The position numbers and the translations under genes were made by a program. 43,972 nucleotides of DNA from Betaproteobacteria bacterium (lineage in GTDB: Bacteria; Pseudomonadota; Gammaproteobacteria; Burkholderiales; SG8-39): NCBI GenBank assembly GCA_009693345.1, contig SHXL01000001.1, forward strand, positions 1 to 43,972. Direction: 5' to 3'. Position 1 is the stretch's first letter; the number at the start of each line of letters is the position of its first letter. The notes beneath the pieces were generated by a model. That model saw only the letters and a list, made by a program, of their open reading frames with translations, had not been told where the DNA came from and did not search any database. Shown in pieces: positions 8,076 through 17,299 of the stretch.

Positions 8076-8731
8076 GCCGCTTTGTAGGTGTCCAGCTTGA
8101 TGCGCTCGCGCTCCAGCACCGCGGCCAACGGCGCCGCAGCCATGACGCGCTCGACGTAGGCAAGGTAGGTCGGTAGCGATTGCGGGTCGATGCCCGCGTA
8201 GCCGCCCCAGCGCAGCAGCGTGAAGGCGTAGGCGTCGTGGCAGGTGATGCGTTCGCCGTACCAGTAGGGATTGGCGCCGGCGACCCAGCCTTGGATTCGT
8301 TCCAGGTGCTTGCGGTACTTCGCCGCAGCGACTTTTTTCACTTCCGCCTGCGCCGCTTCGCTTTCGGCGAAATCGGCCGCGCGGAATACGTGCGTGAAGG
8401 TGGGGTGCACGGTGTTGTTCATCCACGCCAGCTGCGACAACGCCTGCGCGCGCGCCCAGGGGTTCGTGGGCAGCAGGCCGGCCTTCGGAAAGCTGTGGTC
8501 GAGGAAATCGCAGATGGCGACGATCTGCGTGAGCGGCTTGCCCTCGGCCACCAACACCGGCACCTGGCCGTTCGGGTTCATCGCCAGGTACTCGGGCGTG
8601 CGCTGGTCGCCCTTGTGCAGCTTGACGAGTTTCGGCTCGAAGGCCTGGCCGGTGGCCGCCCTGATGGCCTCCAGCGCTACGTGCGGCACGAACGAGCACG
8701 CGCCCGGGGCGAAATACAGTTCCAGGTTCAT
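8072..8731 (-). CDS. Glutathione S-transferase
   Basis: ORF 8072..8731. It has a GST N-terminal thioredoxin-like pattern (LYFAPGACSFVPHVALE...NPNGQVPVLV) and a C-terminal helical domain. ATG 8731 overlaps the upstream CoA-transferase stop (ATGA). Confidence 0.9.
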   Translation of the reverse strand: MNLELYFAPGACSFVPHVALEAIRAATGQAFEPKLVKLHKGDQRTPEYLAMNPNGQVPVLVAEGKPLTQIVAICDFLDHSFPKAGLLPTNPWARAQALSQLAWMNNTVHPTFTHVFRAADFAESEAAQAEVKKVAAAKYRKHLERIQGWVAGANPYWYGERITCHDAYAFTLLRWGGYAGIDPQSLPTYLAYVERVMAAAPLAAVLERERIKLDTYKAA

Positions 8732-9924
8732 GACTTTGCCTCCTCGATGATTTTTTCTTTTACCATTTTTTCAATCGCCGGGGCGCCGAATCCCAGCTCC
8801 GAAAGTATTGCGCGGCTGTGCGCGCCCAGCGCCGGCACCGCATCCATGCGCGGCTCGAAGCCGTCCAGGTTGAACGGCGGTTTCACGGCATTCACCGGTC
8901 CCGCCGGCGTGCTCACCTCGCGCCAGCGTTCGCGCGCCTCCAGCTGCGGGTGGTCCCAGAACTCCTGCATCGAATTCAGTCTTGCGTTCGCGATGTTGGC
9001 CTCGTCCAGCCTTTGTAGGATCTTTTCCGCCGTCAATTTCGAAAATACCCGGTCAATCTCCTCATGCATTGCATCGCGGTATGCTGCCCTGACCGGGCCG
9101 CTTGAGAATTTTGGATTGCTTTTCAATCCGGAATTCAAAAGCACTACATCGCAAAAACGTTCGAATTCCCTTTCATTCTGGATCGACAGGAACACGGTCT
9201 TGCCATCGCCGGCCTTGAACGGGCCGTAGGGGACGATGGTGGCGTGGTGCGGGCCCGAGCGCGGCGGTGCCGCGCCGCCGTAGGCAGTGAAGTAGGCGGG
9301 AAAGCCCATCCACTCGCCGAGCGATTCGAACATCGTAATGTCGAGCGTGGCGCCGACGCCCTCCGCCTGCCGCCGGTAGAGCGCGGCGAGGATCGAGGAA
9401 AGGGCATACATGCCCGCGGCGATGTCCGCCACGGGGATGCCCGCCTTGGCCGGCTGCTCCGGCGTCCCTGTAACCGAGAGCAGGCCGGCTTCGCATTGCA
9501 CCAGCAGGTCGTAGGCTTTCTTGTCGGCGTAGGGACCGGCGGGGCCATAGCCCGAGATGCCGCACCAGATGAGCCGCGGATGCTTCGCGCGCAGTTCTGC
9601 CGCGCCCAGGCCCAGGCGCTCCGCGGCCCCCGGGGCGAGGTTCTGCACGAAGACGTCCGCGTTCGCCATGAGTTTGTCGAGAACCAGCTTCGCGTCCGGA
9701 TGCTTTACGTCGAGGCAAAGGCTCTCCTTGGAGCGATTCACCCAGACGAAATGCGACGAAAGCCCCTGCACCGTCTTGTCGTAGCCGCGCGCCGCGTCAC
9801 CGCCGCCGGGGCGCTCGATCTTGATCACGCGCGCACCGAGCTCGGCCAGCTGGCGCGTGCAGAACGGGCCGGCGATGACCTGTTCCAGGCCCACCACCGT
9901 AATGCCTTCGAGGGGTCTTTTCAC
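8728..9924 (-). CDS. Family III CoA-transferase (CaiB/BaiF-like)
   Basis: This is the C-terminal 399 aa of ORF 8728..10335. GTG 9924 overlaps the upstream stop (GTGA). The N-terminus VKRPLEGITVVGLEQVIAGPFCTRQLAELGARVIKIERP and ...VFVQNLAPGAAERLGLG... are typical of the family. Confidence 0.9.
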   Translation of the reverse strand: MKRPLEGITVVGLEQVIAGPFCTRQLAELGARVIKIERPGGGDAARGYDKTVQGLSSHFVWVNRSKESLCLDVKHPDAKLVLDKLMANADVFVQNLAPGAAERLGLGAAELRAKHPRLIWCGISGYGPAGPYADKKAYDLLVQCEAGLLSVTGTPEQPAKAGIPVADIAAGMYALSSILAALYRRQAEGVGATLDITMFESLGEWMGFPAYFTAYGGAAPPRSGPHHATIVPYGPFKAGDGKTVFLSIQNEREFERFCDVVLLNSGLKSNPKFSSGPVRAAYRDAMHEEIDRVFSKLTAEKILQRLDEANIANARLNSMQEFWDHPQLEARERWREVSTPAGPVNAVKPPFNLDGFEPRMDAVPALGAHSRAILSELGFGAPAIEKMVKEKIIEEAKS

Positions 9925-10748
9925 GTGAAGCGTATTTCCAGGCCCCTGGCCGCGAAACCGTGCAGATCCGTACTCCAGGTTTCGCCCGCCTGCACCGGGT
10001 AGGCGTCGGTGAGCGTACCGGTGCTGATGATTTCGCCCGCCGAGAGCGGCGGCGAATCCTTCTGCCCGGCAAGGATGTTGACCAGGAACGCGAGGGAAAG
10101 CAGCGGGCTGTCGAGCACGTTGGCGCCGATTCCCTGGTCTATCTTTTCCCGGTTTTTCAATAAATCGATTTTCAGGAAAGGCAGCGCCGCCGCCAGGCCG
10201 GAAATCCGTTCCACCGCTACCGGCGTGCCGACGATCAGGCGGCCGTGCAGCGCATTGTCGGCGACGCAGTCGGGCAGCGTCAGCTTCCACTCCGGATGGT
10301 GGCACTGTACGATTTCGATGGAATGCGCGATCCACTCGACGGCTTCGAGCAGCAGCGCGGGGTTTCGTGTGTGCGAGGACAACGCCTCTGGCGTTGTGGG
10401 CGGCACGGATTTCAGCTTGAAGCAGATTTCGGGCTCGATGCGCGGCTGCACCAGGCCCGCGAGCGACACGACTGCTTTATTTCCTTCGGAAAAAATAAGA
10501 GTCCGGTCATAAACGGCACCCCACATCGGCCCGTTCACGCCGTAGCGCTGCCAGAGGCCGCGATTGGTGAAGCCGTTCTTGCGCCCCGCCAGCACCCAGC
10601 CCTGCGCCAGGCGATGGGCGTGCAGCTGGCGCGCCGCGGCATAGCCGGTTTCGGCCGTAAGCCCCGGAAAGCGCGAGCTAAACGGCGCCACCAGCCGCGG
10701 GTGCTGGTGCAGGTCGATGAGCTCTTTTGCGAGTTTGGTTGCGTCCAT
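9921..10748 (-). CDS. FAH-family hydratase/decarboxylase (2-keto-4-pentenoate hydratase MhpD/HpcG-like)
   Basis: ORF 9921..10754. ATG 10748 is preferred over TTG 10754. Family-like features are ...GRKNGFTN...MWGAVYD... and the C-terminal ...ISTGTLTDAYPVQAGE... Confidence 0.7.
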   Translation of the reverse strand: MDATKLAKELIDLHQHPRLVAPFSSRFPGLTAETGYAAARQLHAHRLAQGWVLAGRKNGFTNRGLWQRYGVNGPMWGAVYDRTLIFSEGNKAVVSLAGLVQPRIEPEICFKLKSVPPTTPEALSSHTRNPALLLEAVEWIAHSIEIVQCHHPEWKLTLPDCVADNALHGRLIVGTPVAVERISGLAAALPFLKIDLLKNREKIDQGIGANVLDSPLLSLAFLVNILAGQKDSPPLSAGEIISTGTLTDAYPVQAGETWSTDLHGFAARGLEIRFT

Positions 10749-10773
10749 GGTCAAGTGATTCTAAATTAGGCCC

Positions 10774-11199
10774 GTGGATGAAGACTTTCTCTGGGCGATC
10801 CTCGGTCTGACGCTGGTCATCATAGAGCTGCTGAGCGGCACCTTTTACCTTCTGGTGCTCGGCATCGCGGCCTTCGGCGCGGCGCTTGCGGCGTGGCTCG
10901 GACAGGGCTTTCCGGTGCAGGCCATTGTCGCGGCAGCGATTTCAGGGCTTGGCTGCTATGGCGTGCACGTCTACCGCGCGAAGAACGCGACCGAGCAGAT
11001 GCCCAACGTGGACGCCGGCCAGCCGGCGAGCTTCGAGAACTGGGTGGACCAGGGCGCTCGCCTAGCGCGTGTGCGCTACCGCGGCGCCTCGTGGGACGCG
11101 CTGGTGGAGGGCGATGCGGCGATCGACGTCGGCGCGATGCTCTATGTAGTCACGGCCAATGGCAATACGCTCAAAGTCACAAACCGTCGCCCCGCATAG
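10774..11199 (+). CDS. NfeD-family membrane protein
   Basis: ORF 10774..11199 with a GTG start. It has an N-terminal pair of TM helices and a C-terminal OB-like domain (ARVRYRGASWDALVEG...VVTANGNTLKV). It lies directly upstream of an SPFH gene, the classical NfeD-SPFH pairing. Confidence 0.85.
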   Translation: MDEDFLWAILGLTLVIIELLSGTFYLLVLGIAAFGAALAAWLGQGFPVQAIVAAAISGLGCYGVHVYRAKNATEQMPNVDAGQPASFENWVDQGARLARVRYRGASWDALVEGDAAIDVGAMLYVVTANGNTLKVTNRRPA

Positions 11200-11266
11200 C
11201 CCGGCCAGCGTGGCCGTCGCTCATGCGCCGCCGCCGGTGGCAAGTCAACAACCGAGGGGAATATCC

Positions 11267-12268
11267 ATGTTTTCCAAGCTGATTATCGCCATCGTTCTGA
11301 CCGCGATCACGGGGGCGATTCCGGAGACCCGGGGCTACGCGGTCTGGGTGTTCTTCATCGCGGTAGTGGCCGCGTTCGTGGTCGAGGGCGTGCGCATCGT
11401 GCCGCAGCAGTTCGCCTTCGTGGTGGAGCGGCTGGGGAAATTCCATGCGGTGCTCGAGCCGGGCCTGAACCTGATCATCCCGTTCATGGACCGGGTCGCC
11501 TACATGCATTCGTTGAAGGAGGTGCCGCTCGACGTGCCCGAGCAGGTGTGCATTACCAAGGACAACACGCAGCTCGCGGTGGACGGCGTGCTGTACTATC
11601 AGGTGACCGACCCGCGCCTGGCATCGTACGGTTCGGCGAACTACATCGGCGCCATCACCCAGCTCGCGCAGACTACGCTGCGCAGCGTGATCGGCAAGAT
11701 GGAGCTCGACAAGAGCTTCGAGTCGCGCGAGGACATCAACCGCCACATCGTCGCCGCGCTGGACGAGGCGGGGCGCAACTGGGGCATCAAGGTGCTGCGC
11801 TACGAAATCAAGAGCATCACGCCGCCGGAATCGATTCTGCGCGCGATGCAGGCGCAGATCACCGCCGAGCGGGAGAAGCGCGCATTGATCGCCAAGTCCG
11901 AGGGCGAGCGCCAGCAGGCGATCAACGTCGCCGACGGCAAGCGGCAGGCGGCGATCCTGGAATCCGAGGGCCAGAAGCAGAGCGAGATCAACCGGGCACA
12001 GGGCGAAGCGACCGCGCTGCGGCTGATCGCCGATGCCAACGCGGCGGCGGTGCACGCGGTGGGCGAGGCGATTAGCGGCAAGGGCGGCATGGAAGCGGCC
12101 AACCTCAAGGTGGCGCAGGAATATGTCGCCGCCTTCTCCAATCTCGCCAGGACTTCCAACACCCTGATACTTCCCGCGAGCGCCGGCGATGTCGCCGGCA
12201 TCGTTGCCACCGCGATGACGGTGCTCGACAAGACAAGGCAGGCTCAGGCTGCCGCGAAGGGAACCTGA
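11267..12268 (+). CDS. SPFH/band-7 (stomatin/paraslipin-like) protein
   Basis: This is the C-terminal 333 aa of ORF 11159..12268. ATG 11267 is preceded by GAGGGGA. An N-terminal TM segment is followed by the SPFH core (IVPQQFAFVVERLGKFHAVLEPGLNLIIPFMDRV...ITKDN...VDGVLYYQV) and an Ala/Glu/Gln-rich coiled coil. Confidence 0.9.
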   Translation: MFSKLIIAIVLTAITGAIPETRGYAVWVFFIAVVAAFVVEGVRIVPQQFAFVVERLGKFHAVLEPGLNLIIPFMDRVAYMHSLKEVPLDVPEQVCITKDNTQLAVDGVLYYQVTDPRLASYGSANYIGAITQLAQTTLRSVIGKMELDKSFESREDINRHIVAALDEAGRNWGIKVLRYEIKSITPPESILRAMQAQITAEREKRALIAKSEGERQQAINVADGKRQAAILESEGQKQSEINRAQGEATALRLIADANAAAVHAVGEAISGKGGMEAANLKVAQEYVAAFSNLARTSNTLILPASAGDVAGIVATAMTVLDKTRQAQAAAKGT

Positions 12269-12269
12269 G

Positions 12270-12665
12270 GTGACCGTGACCGCGATGAATCACTTCACCA
12301 TTCTCACCGACGATCTGCCGGCGACGCTGGCGTTCTACGAGGAGCACCTCAACCTCAAGCCCGGCGCGCGGCCGCCGTTCACCTTCCCGGGGGCCTGGCT
12401 CTACGCCGACGGCGGCAAGGGCAGGGAGCCGATCCTGCACATCGTCGCGGGCATCAACAAGGAGAGGCTGGTAAAGGGCGTGCTCGACCATATGGCTTTC
12501 AGCGGCAAGGGCCTGGCCGCAGCGGTGGCGAAACTCAAGCGGGAAAACGTCAAGTACGATCTGCGCCGGCTGCCCGAATACGGCACCTGGCAGCTGTTCT
12601 TCCACGACCCGAACGACGCCAAGGTCGAGATCGACTTCGATAAAGCTGAAGCCGCGCCGGCCTGA
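12270..12665 (+). CDS. VOC-family (glyoxalase/bleomycin-resistance/dioxygenase fold) protein
   Basis: ORF 12270..12665. A GTG start lies 1 nt after the SPFH stop; ATG 12285 (MNHFTILTDDL) is the alternative. VOC pattern: HFTILTDDLPATLAFYEEHLNL...HMAF...FFHDPNDAKVEI. Confidence 0.8.
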   Translation: MTVTAMNHFTILTDDLPATLAFYEEHLNLKPGARPPFTFPGAWLYADGGKGREPILHIVAGINKERLVKGVLDHMAFSGKGLAAAVAKLKRENVKYDLRRLPEYGTWQLFFHDPNDAKVEIDFDKAEAAPA

Positions 12666-12666
12666 T

Positions 12667-13620
12667 TTATTCCACCACCACGCCGGCGCGCTTGATCACC
12701 GGCGCGAACTTCGCGGTTTCCGCCTTGATGAAGTTGGTGAAGTCTTCCGGCGTGCCTTGCACGACCTCGGCGCCTCGCACCTCCAGGATCTCGCGCAGCT
12801 TCGGCGTGCGCGTGGCGTTGTTTAGCGCGGTGTTCAGGCGCATCACAGATTCGCCCGGCGTGCCGGCGCGCGCCGCCAGGCCGAAGAAGGACACCACCTC
12901 GTAGCCCTTCAGGCCGATCTCGTCCAGCGTCGGCACGTCTGGCAGAGCGCTGTTGCGCTTCAGGCTTGTCACCGCGAGCGCGCGCACCGTGCCGGCCTTG
13001 ACGTTGCCGACCTGCGGCGGGATGTTGTCGAACATCATCTCGATGTTGCCGCCCAGCATCGCCGCCGTCGCTGGGCCCGCGCCGCTGAACGGGATGTGCA
13101 CGATGAAGGTGCCTGACATCGTCTTGAACAGCTCGCCCGAGAGCTGCGGCGAGGTGCCATAGCCGGGCGAGCCGTAGTTCAGCTTGCCCGGGTTCTTCTT
13201 CGCGTAGGCGATCAGTTCCTGCGCGGTCTTGAACGGCTGGTTGACGTTGGCCACCATCACGTTGGCGACCGAGCCGTAGCGGCCGATGTAGGCGAAATCC
13301 TCGATCGGCCGGTAGTTCAGCTTCTTGTACAGCGTCGGGCTGATGGCGAGCGACGGGTTCGCCAGCAGCAGCGTATGGCCGTCGGGCAGCGCACGCGCCA
13401 CAACCTCGGCGCCCACGTTGCCGCCCGCGCCGGCGCGGTTCTCGGTCACGACGGATACGCCGAGTTCCGCCTGCAGGAACGGCTGCAGCGCGCGCGCGAC
13501 CAGGTCGATCAGGCCGCCCGGCGGATAGGGAATGATGATGGTGACGGGACGGGTCGGGAAACCCTGGGCCTGCGCGAGCGTGGCGCAGGCGAAGGCGAGA
13601 GTAGCAAGCAGGATTCTCAC
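12667..13620 (-). CDS. Bug-family (TctC-like) tripartite tricarboxylate transporter substrate-binding protein
   Basis: This is the C-terminal 318 aa of ORF 12667..13776. GTG 13620 is preceded by AGGAGA. Signal peptide VRILLATLAFACATLAQA, then the hallmark FPTRPVTIIIPYPPGG. Confidence 0.9.
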   Translation of the reverse strand: MRILLATLAFACATLAQAQGFPTRPVTIIIPYPPGGLIDLVARALQPFLQAELGVSVVTENRAGAGGNVGAEVVARALPDGHTLLLANPSLAISPTLYKKLNYRPIEDFAYIGRYGSVANVMVANVNQPFKTAQELIAYAKKNPGKLNYGSPGYGTSPQLSGELFKTMSGTFIVHIPFSGAGPATAAMLGGNIEMMFDNIPPQVGNVKAGTVRALAVTSLKRNSALPDVPTLDEIGLKGYEVVSFFGLAARAGTPGESVMRLNTALNNATRTPKLREILEVRGAEVVQGTPEDFTNFIKAETAKFAPVIKRAGVVVE

Positions 13621-13642
13621 GATTTCTCCTTTGGGAAATTCT

Positions 13643-14599
13643 TCAATCGATTCTCGCACCCGAGTCGCGCACGACTTTGCCCAGGCGAGGGATGTCGCTG
13701 CGCACCAGCGCGCCAAGTTCCTCGGGCGACATGCCACCGGCGTCCAGTCCGAGATCTTCCAGGCGCTTGGCCACATCCGGCGCCTTCAGCGCCTTGGCGG
13801 TCTCGGCATGCAGCCGCGCGATGATTTCCTTCGGCACGCCCGCCGGCGCGAACAGCGCCTGCCAGGAGGTGATGTCGTAGCCGGCGAGACCCGCTTCCTG
13901 CATGGTCGGTACGTCGGGCGCGACGAACGAGCGCTTTTGCGTCGTCACCGCGAGCGCCTTCAGCCGGCCCTGCTTCACCGGCGGATAGGCGGTGGTGATG
14001 TTCTCGAAGCTCATGGCGATCGTTCCCGCGAGCAGGTCCGGAATCATCGGGCCCGAGCCCTTGTACGGAATGTGCTGCATCGAGGTGCCCGTGATGGTCT
14101 TGAACATCTCGCCCGACATGTGTTGGGAAGTGCCGTTGCCCGCCGAGCCGAAGCTGTACTTGTTCGGATTGGCCTTGAGCAGCGCGATCAGTTCGGCGAC
14201 GTTGTTGACGCCGAGGCTGGGGTGCACGATGAGCATGTTCGGCAGCGTCGCGAGCATGGTGATCGGTGCGAAATCCTTTGCCGGGTCGTAGGGCAGCTTC
14301 GAATACAGCGTGGCATTGATGGCGTGCGAGCTCACCGTGCCGCTGCCGATGGTGTAGCCGTCGGGCGCTGCTTTGGCGATCATCTCGGCGCCGTTGTTGC
14401 CGCCCGCGCCCGGCCGGTTCTCCACCACCACTGGCTGGCCGAGTGCATCGGAGAGCTTGGGCGCGATCAGGCGCGCGAGGATGTCGGTGGTCCCGCCCGG
14501 CGCGAAGATCACGATGTAGCGGATCGGCTTCGAGGGCCAGGCCTGGGCCTGGACCGTGGCGGAAATCGCCAATACAAGCGCAGCGAACAGCAGTTTCAT
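13643..14599 (-). CDS. Bug-family (TctC-like) substrate-binding protein
   Basis: ORF 13643..14599. ATG is preceded by GGAGGA. Signal peptide MKLLFAALVLAISATVQAQA, then WPSKPIRYIVIFAPGGTTD. Confidence 0.9.
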   Translation of the reverse strand: MKLLFAALVLAISATVQAQAWPSKPIRYIVIFAPGGTTDILARLIAPKLSDALGQPVVVENRPGAGGNNGAEMIAKAAPDGYTIGSGTVSSHAINATLYSKLPYDPAKDFAPITMLATLPNMLIVHPSLGVNNVAELIALLKANPNKYSFGSAGNGTSQHMSGEMFKTITGTSMQHIPYKGSGPMIPDLLAGTIAMSFENITTAYPPVKQGRLKALAVTTQKRSFVAPDVPTMQEAGLAGYDITSWQALFAPAGVPKEIIARLHAETAKALKAPDVAKRLEDLGLDAGGMSPEELGALVRSDIPRLGKVVRDSGARID

Positions 14600-14636
14600 G
14601 TTTTTCCTCCCCTGTCAGGATTCTAGCCCAGCGCCA

Positions 14637-15578
14637 TCAGTTAGCCGGGCGTTTCCGGAGCTTCTCGCAAGGATCCGGCCGGGGCTGCGGCGCGGTGAAC
14701 CAGATGTAGTCGTATTTCGCCACCCTGTTCGCGCCAAGCGCATAGTCGCGCGGATCCGCTTCGCCGGGCTGCGTTTCCAGGAAGCCGACGCTGAGAAACG
14801 TCGCCCCGTGCGGCAGGTACAGCGGGACGCCGAGATCGCGCCGGACGTGGCCGTTGCCGGCGATCAGCACCGCGCTGCCGGCCGCGCCGGCGAGCGCAAT
14901 TGCGATTGTCGCGTCGCGCGCGCGCTGGGCGAGCGCCATCGCGGGCACAGATTTCTCCGGCAGCACGCGGCAATGCGATTCGAAGATCGCCTCGCGCAGC
15001 GCGCTCTCCCGCGCCGCCGGCCAGTCGGCGTTTGCCAGCGCGCCGGCGAGCGCCGCGTCTTGCGGGCCGAGTTTCCCGGCCCTGGCGATGCGCCGGGCAT
15101 CGGAGGCGGATAGATTTGCGGCGCGTACCTGAACCGGTGCCGCGAGCGCCGCCTCGACCAGCGGCCGGTGCAGCGGCCACTGCCACGCGGCATCCAAGAG
15201 GCCGGCCCTGGCCAGGGCATCGGCGGCCGCGCCCGCGCCCGCGCGCTGCGCTTCGCGCAACCCGGCATCGTGGTCCCGGTCGAACTGCTCGAAATAGATT
15301 TCGCCGGGCGCGCCCAGTTCGCGGATCAATGCGGCGCGATGCCTGTGGTGCGCCGGGTGGTCATGGACTTCGCCCAGCAGGCGAAAGCGCACTTCGCGCA
15401 ACCGGCGCACAAGATCGTCTTCGCTGACGAAGCGTTCGGCGCGCGTGTCCCAGATGCGGCCTTCGAGGCCGCGCGCCGGTGAGGCGGGGCGCTCGGCGCA
15501 GCCTGCTGCTACGGCAATCAGCAGGACAAGAAAACCGTGGATTTCCGCTTTCGCGGGAACGACGCTTGTTCTCCCCAA
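14637..15578 (-). CDS. ChaN-family (haem-binding uptake/Tiki-like) lipoprotein
   Basis: ORF 14637..15578. TTG is the only in-frame start candidate, 1 nt after the upstream stop. Lipobox LIAVAAGC. The LLGEVHDHPAHHRHRAALIREL and ...AGNGHVRRDLGVP... patterns are as I recall them for ChaN/PF04187 proteins. Confidence 0.65.
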   Translation of the reverse strand: MGRTSVVPAKAEIHGFLVLLIAVAAGCAERPASPARGLEGRIWDTRAERFVSEDDLVRRLREVRFRLLGEVHDHPAHHRHRAALIRELGAPGEIYFEQFDRDHDAGLREAQRAGAGAAADALARAGLLDAAWQWPLHRPLVEAALAAPVQVRAANLSASDARRIARAGKLGPQDAALAGALANADWPAARESALREAIFESHCRVLPEKSVPAMALAQRARDATIAIALAGAAGSAVLIAGNGHVRRDLGVPLYLPHGATFLSVGFLETQPGEADPRDYALGANRVAKYDYIWFTAPQPRPDPCEKLRKRPAN

Positions 15579-15579
15579 A

Positions 15580-16515
15580 CTAGGCGACGGGCGTCTTCAC
15601 CGGCTTGCCGGCGAAGTGCAGGTGCAGGTTCTCGACCTGCAGGTCGCCCATCGCCTTGCGCGTTTCGACCGTGGCGCTCGCGACGTGCGGAAACAGTACC
15701 GCGTTGTCGAGTGCGAAGAACCCGGGCGGCACCTGCGGTTCGTGCTCGTAGACATCGAGCCCGGCGCCGGCGATTTTCTTTTCCTGCAGGTAGCGCAGCA
15801 GCACCAGCTCGTCCACCACCGAGCCGCGCGCCACGTTCACCAGGTAACCCTGCGGGCCGAGCGCGTCGAGCACCTTGGCATTGACCAGTTTCGCGGTGCC
15901 GGCGCCGCCCGGCGTGACGGCCAGCAGCACGTCGGAATTTTTCGCAAGGGTCACCGGATCGGCGTCGTAGGGATAGGGCACGTTCTTCTTGTTGCGGTTG
16001 TGATAGCGGATCTTCATGCCGAAGGCCTGCGCGCGCTTCGCGATCGCCTCGCCGATGCGCCCCAGGCCCAGGATGCCGAGCGTCTTGCCGCCCACCGAGG
16101 TGGTGAGCGGGTAGGTGCCGCGCGTCGGCCAGAACCCGGAACGCAGGTAGGCCTCGGACTGCGGAAACTTGCGCAGGGTGTTGAGCACCAGCGCTATCGC
16201 GGTGTCCGCGACGCAGTCGTTCAGCACGTCGGGCGTGTTGGTGACGGTGATGTTGCGCTTCTTCGCCGCCTCGAGGTCGATCTGGTCCACGCCGACGCCG
16301 AAGTTCGAAATGAGTTCGAGTTTGGGCAAAGCATCCATCAGCTTGCCGTCCACCTTCGAGTGGCCGAAGTGCGCCAGGGCGCGCATGTGCGCCGCCGCCT
16401 TGAGCGCGGCAGCGCGATCGGGGGCTTCCCACAGATTGACGGTGGTGAATTCGTTCTGCAGCCGCTCCAGGGTGCCCTTGTGGCCCGCGGCGGTGATCAC
16501 GATCTCGTGCTTCAT
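15580..16515 (-). CDS. D-isomer-specific 2-hydroxyacid dehydrogenase (glyoxylate/hydroxypyruvate reductase-like)
   Basis: This is the C-terminal 311 aa of ORF 15580..16635. ATG 16515 is preceded by AGGAG. NAD-binding GILGLGRIGEAIAKRA, and the catalytic region NVARGSVVDE...LDVYEHEP...PHVASAT. Confidence 0.9.
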   Translation of the reverse strand: MKHEIVITAAGHKGTLERLQNEFTTVNLWEAPDRAAALKAAAHMRALAHFGHSKVDGKLMDALPKLELISNFGVGVDQIDLEAAKKRNITVTNTPDVLNDCVADTAIALVLNTLRKFPQSEAYLRSGFWPTRGTYPLTTSVGGKTLGILGLGRIGEAIAKRAQAFGMKIRYHNRNKKNVPYPYDADPVTLAKNSDVLLAVTPGGAGTAKLVNAKVLDALGPQGYLVNVARGSVVDELVLLRYLQEKKIAGAGLDVYEHEPQVPPGFFALDNAVLFPHVASATVETRKAMGDLQVENLHLHFAGKPVKTPVA

Positions 16516-16522
16516 GGCGCTC

Positions 16523-17284
16523 CTAGGAGAATTTCGCGCGCAGCGCCTCGGCGCCCCGCGCGAGCAGGCCGACGTCGGCGCCGACGGCGCAGTAAAGGCA
16601 TCCGGCGGCGAGCATGCGTTTGGCGTCCGCCTCAACCGGCGACAGGTAGCCCGGCGCCTTGCCCGCCTTGCGAATGCGGCGCATGGCTTCCTCGATCAGC
16701 GGCAGGATCGCCGTATTCGACGTCTCGCCGGGGTAACCCATCGAGGCATGCAGGTCGGCAGGGCCGATGAACACGCCGTCCACGCCGTCCACCGCGCAGA
16801 TCGCCTCCAACTGGTCGAGCGCGGGTCTGGTCTCCACTTGCACCAGCACGCAGAGTTCTTCGTGCGCGCGCTTCGCGTAGTCCTTGATGCGGCCGTACTG
16901 TGTTGCGCGCGTGGTGCCGGCGACCCCGCGTACGCCCGCCGGCGGATAACGCGTTGCCGCCACCGCTGCCTTCGCCTCTTCGGCGCTGCACACGTAGGGG
17001 ATGAGCAATGTCTGCACCCCGATGTCGAGCACGCGCTTGATGTTCACCATGTCGTTCCAGGGCACGCGCACGATCGGCGTGGTCGGGTAGCGCGCCGCGG
17101 CCTGCAGTTGCGTGAGCAGCGATTCCAGGTCGTTCGGCGAATGCTCGCAATCGAGCAATATCCATTCGTAGCCGGCGCCGGCGATCACCTCGACCGAGTA
17201 GTTGGAAGAAAGGCTCGACCAGAGGCCGATCTGCTGCTTGCCGGCCTTGAGCGCGCGCTTGAAACTGTTCTGCGGGAGGTCCAT
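16523..17284 (-). CDS. HpcH/HpaI-family aldolase (2-keto-3-deoxy-acid aldolase)
   Basis: ORF 16523..17284. N-terminus NSFKRALKAGKQQIGLWSSL...ILLDCEHSPND and ...VQVETRPALDQLEAICAVDGVDGVFIGPADL are typical of the family. Confidence 0.9.
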   Translation of the reverse strand: MDLPQNSFKRALKAGKQQIGLWSSLSSNYSVEVIAGAGYEWILLDCEHSPNDLESLLTQLQAAARYPTTPIVRVPWNDMVNIKRVLDIGVQTLLIPYVCSAEEAKAAVAATRYPPAGVRGVAGTTRATQYGRIKDYAKRAHEELCVLVQVETRPALDQLEAICAVDGVDGVFIGPADLHASMGYPGETSNTAILPLIEEAMRRIRKAGKAPGYLSPVEADAKRMLAAGCLYCAVGADVGLLARGAEALRAKFS

Positions 17285-17299
17285 GGTGAGCTAGTTTTC

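Noticed and set aside
6750-8699. 649-aa ORF on the minus strand spanning the DGQHR and GST region
   Set aside because: It runs antisense through the DGQHR gene and out of frame through the GST gene, crossing the boundary of two well-supported convergent genes. Its composition is Arg/Gly/Ala/Pro-rich, so it is a GC-driven artefact.
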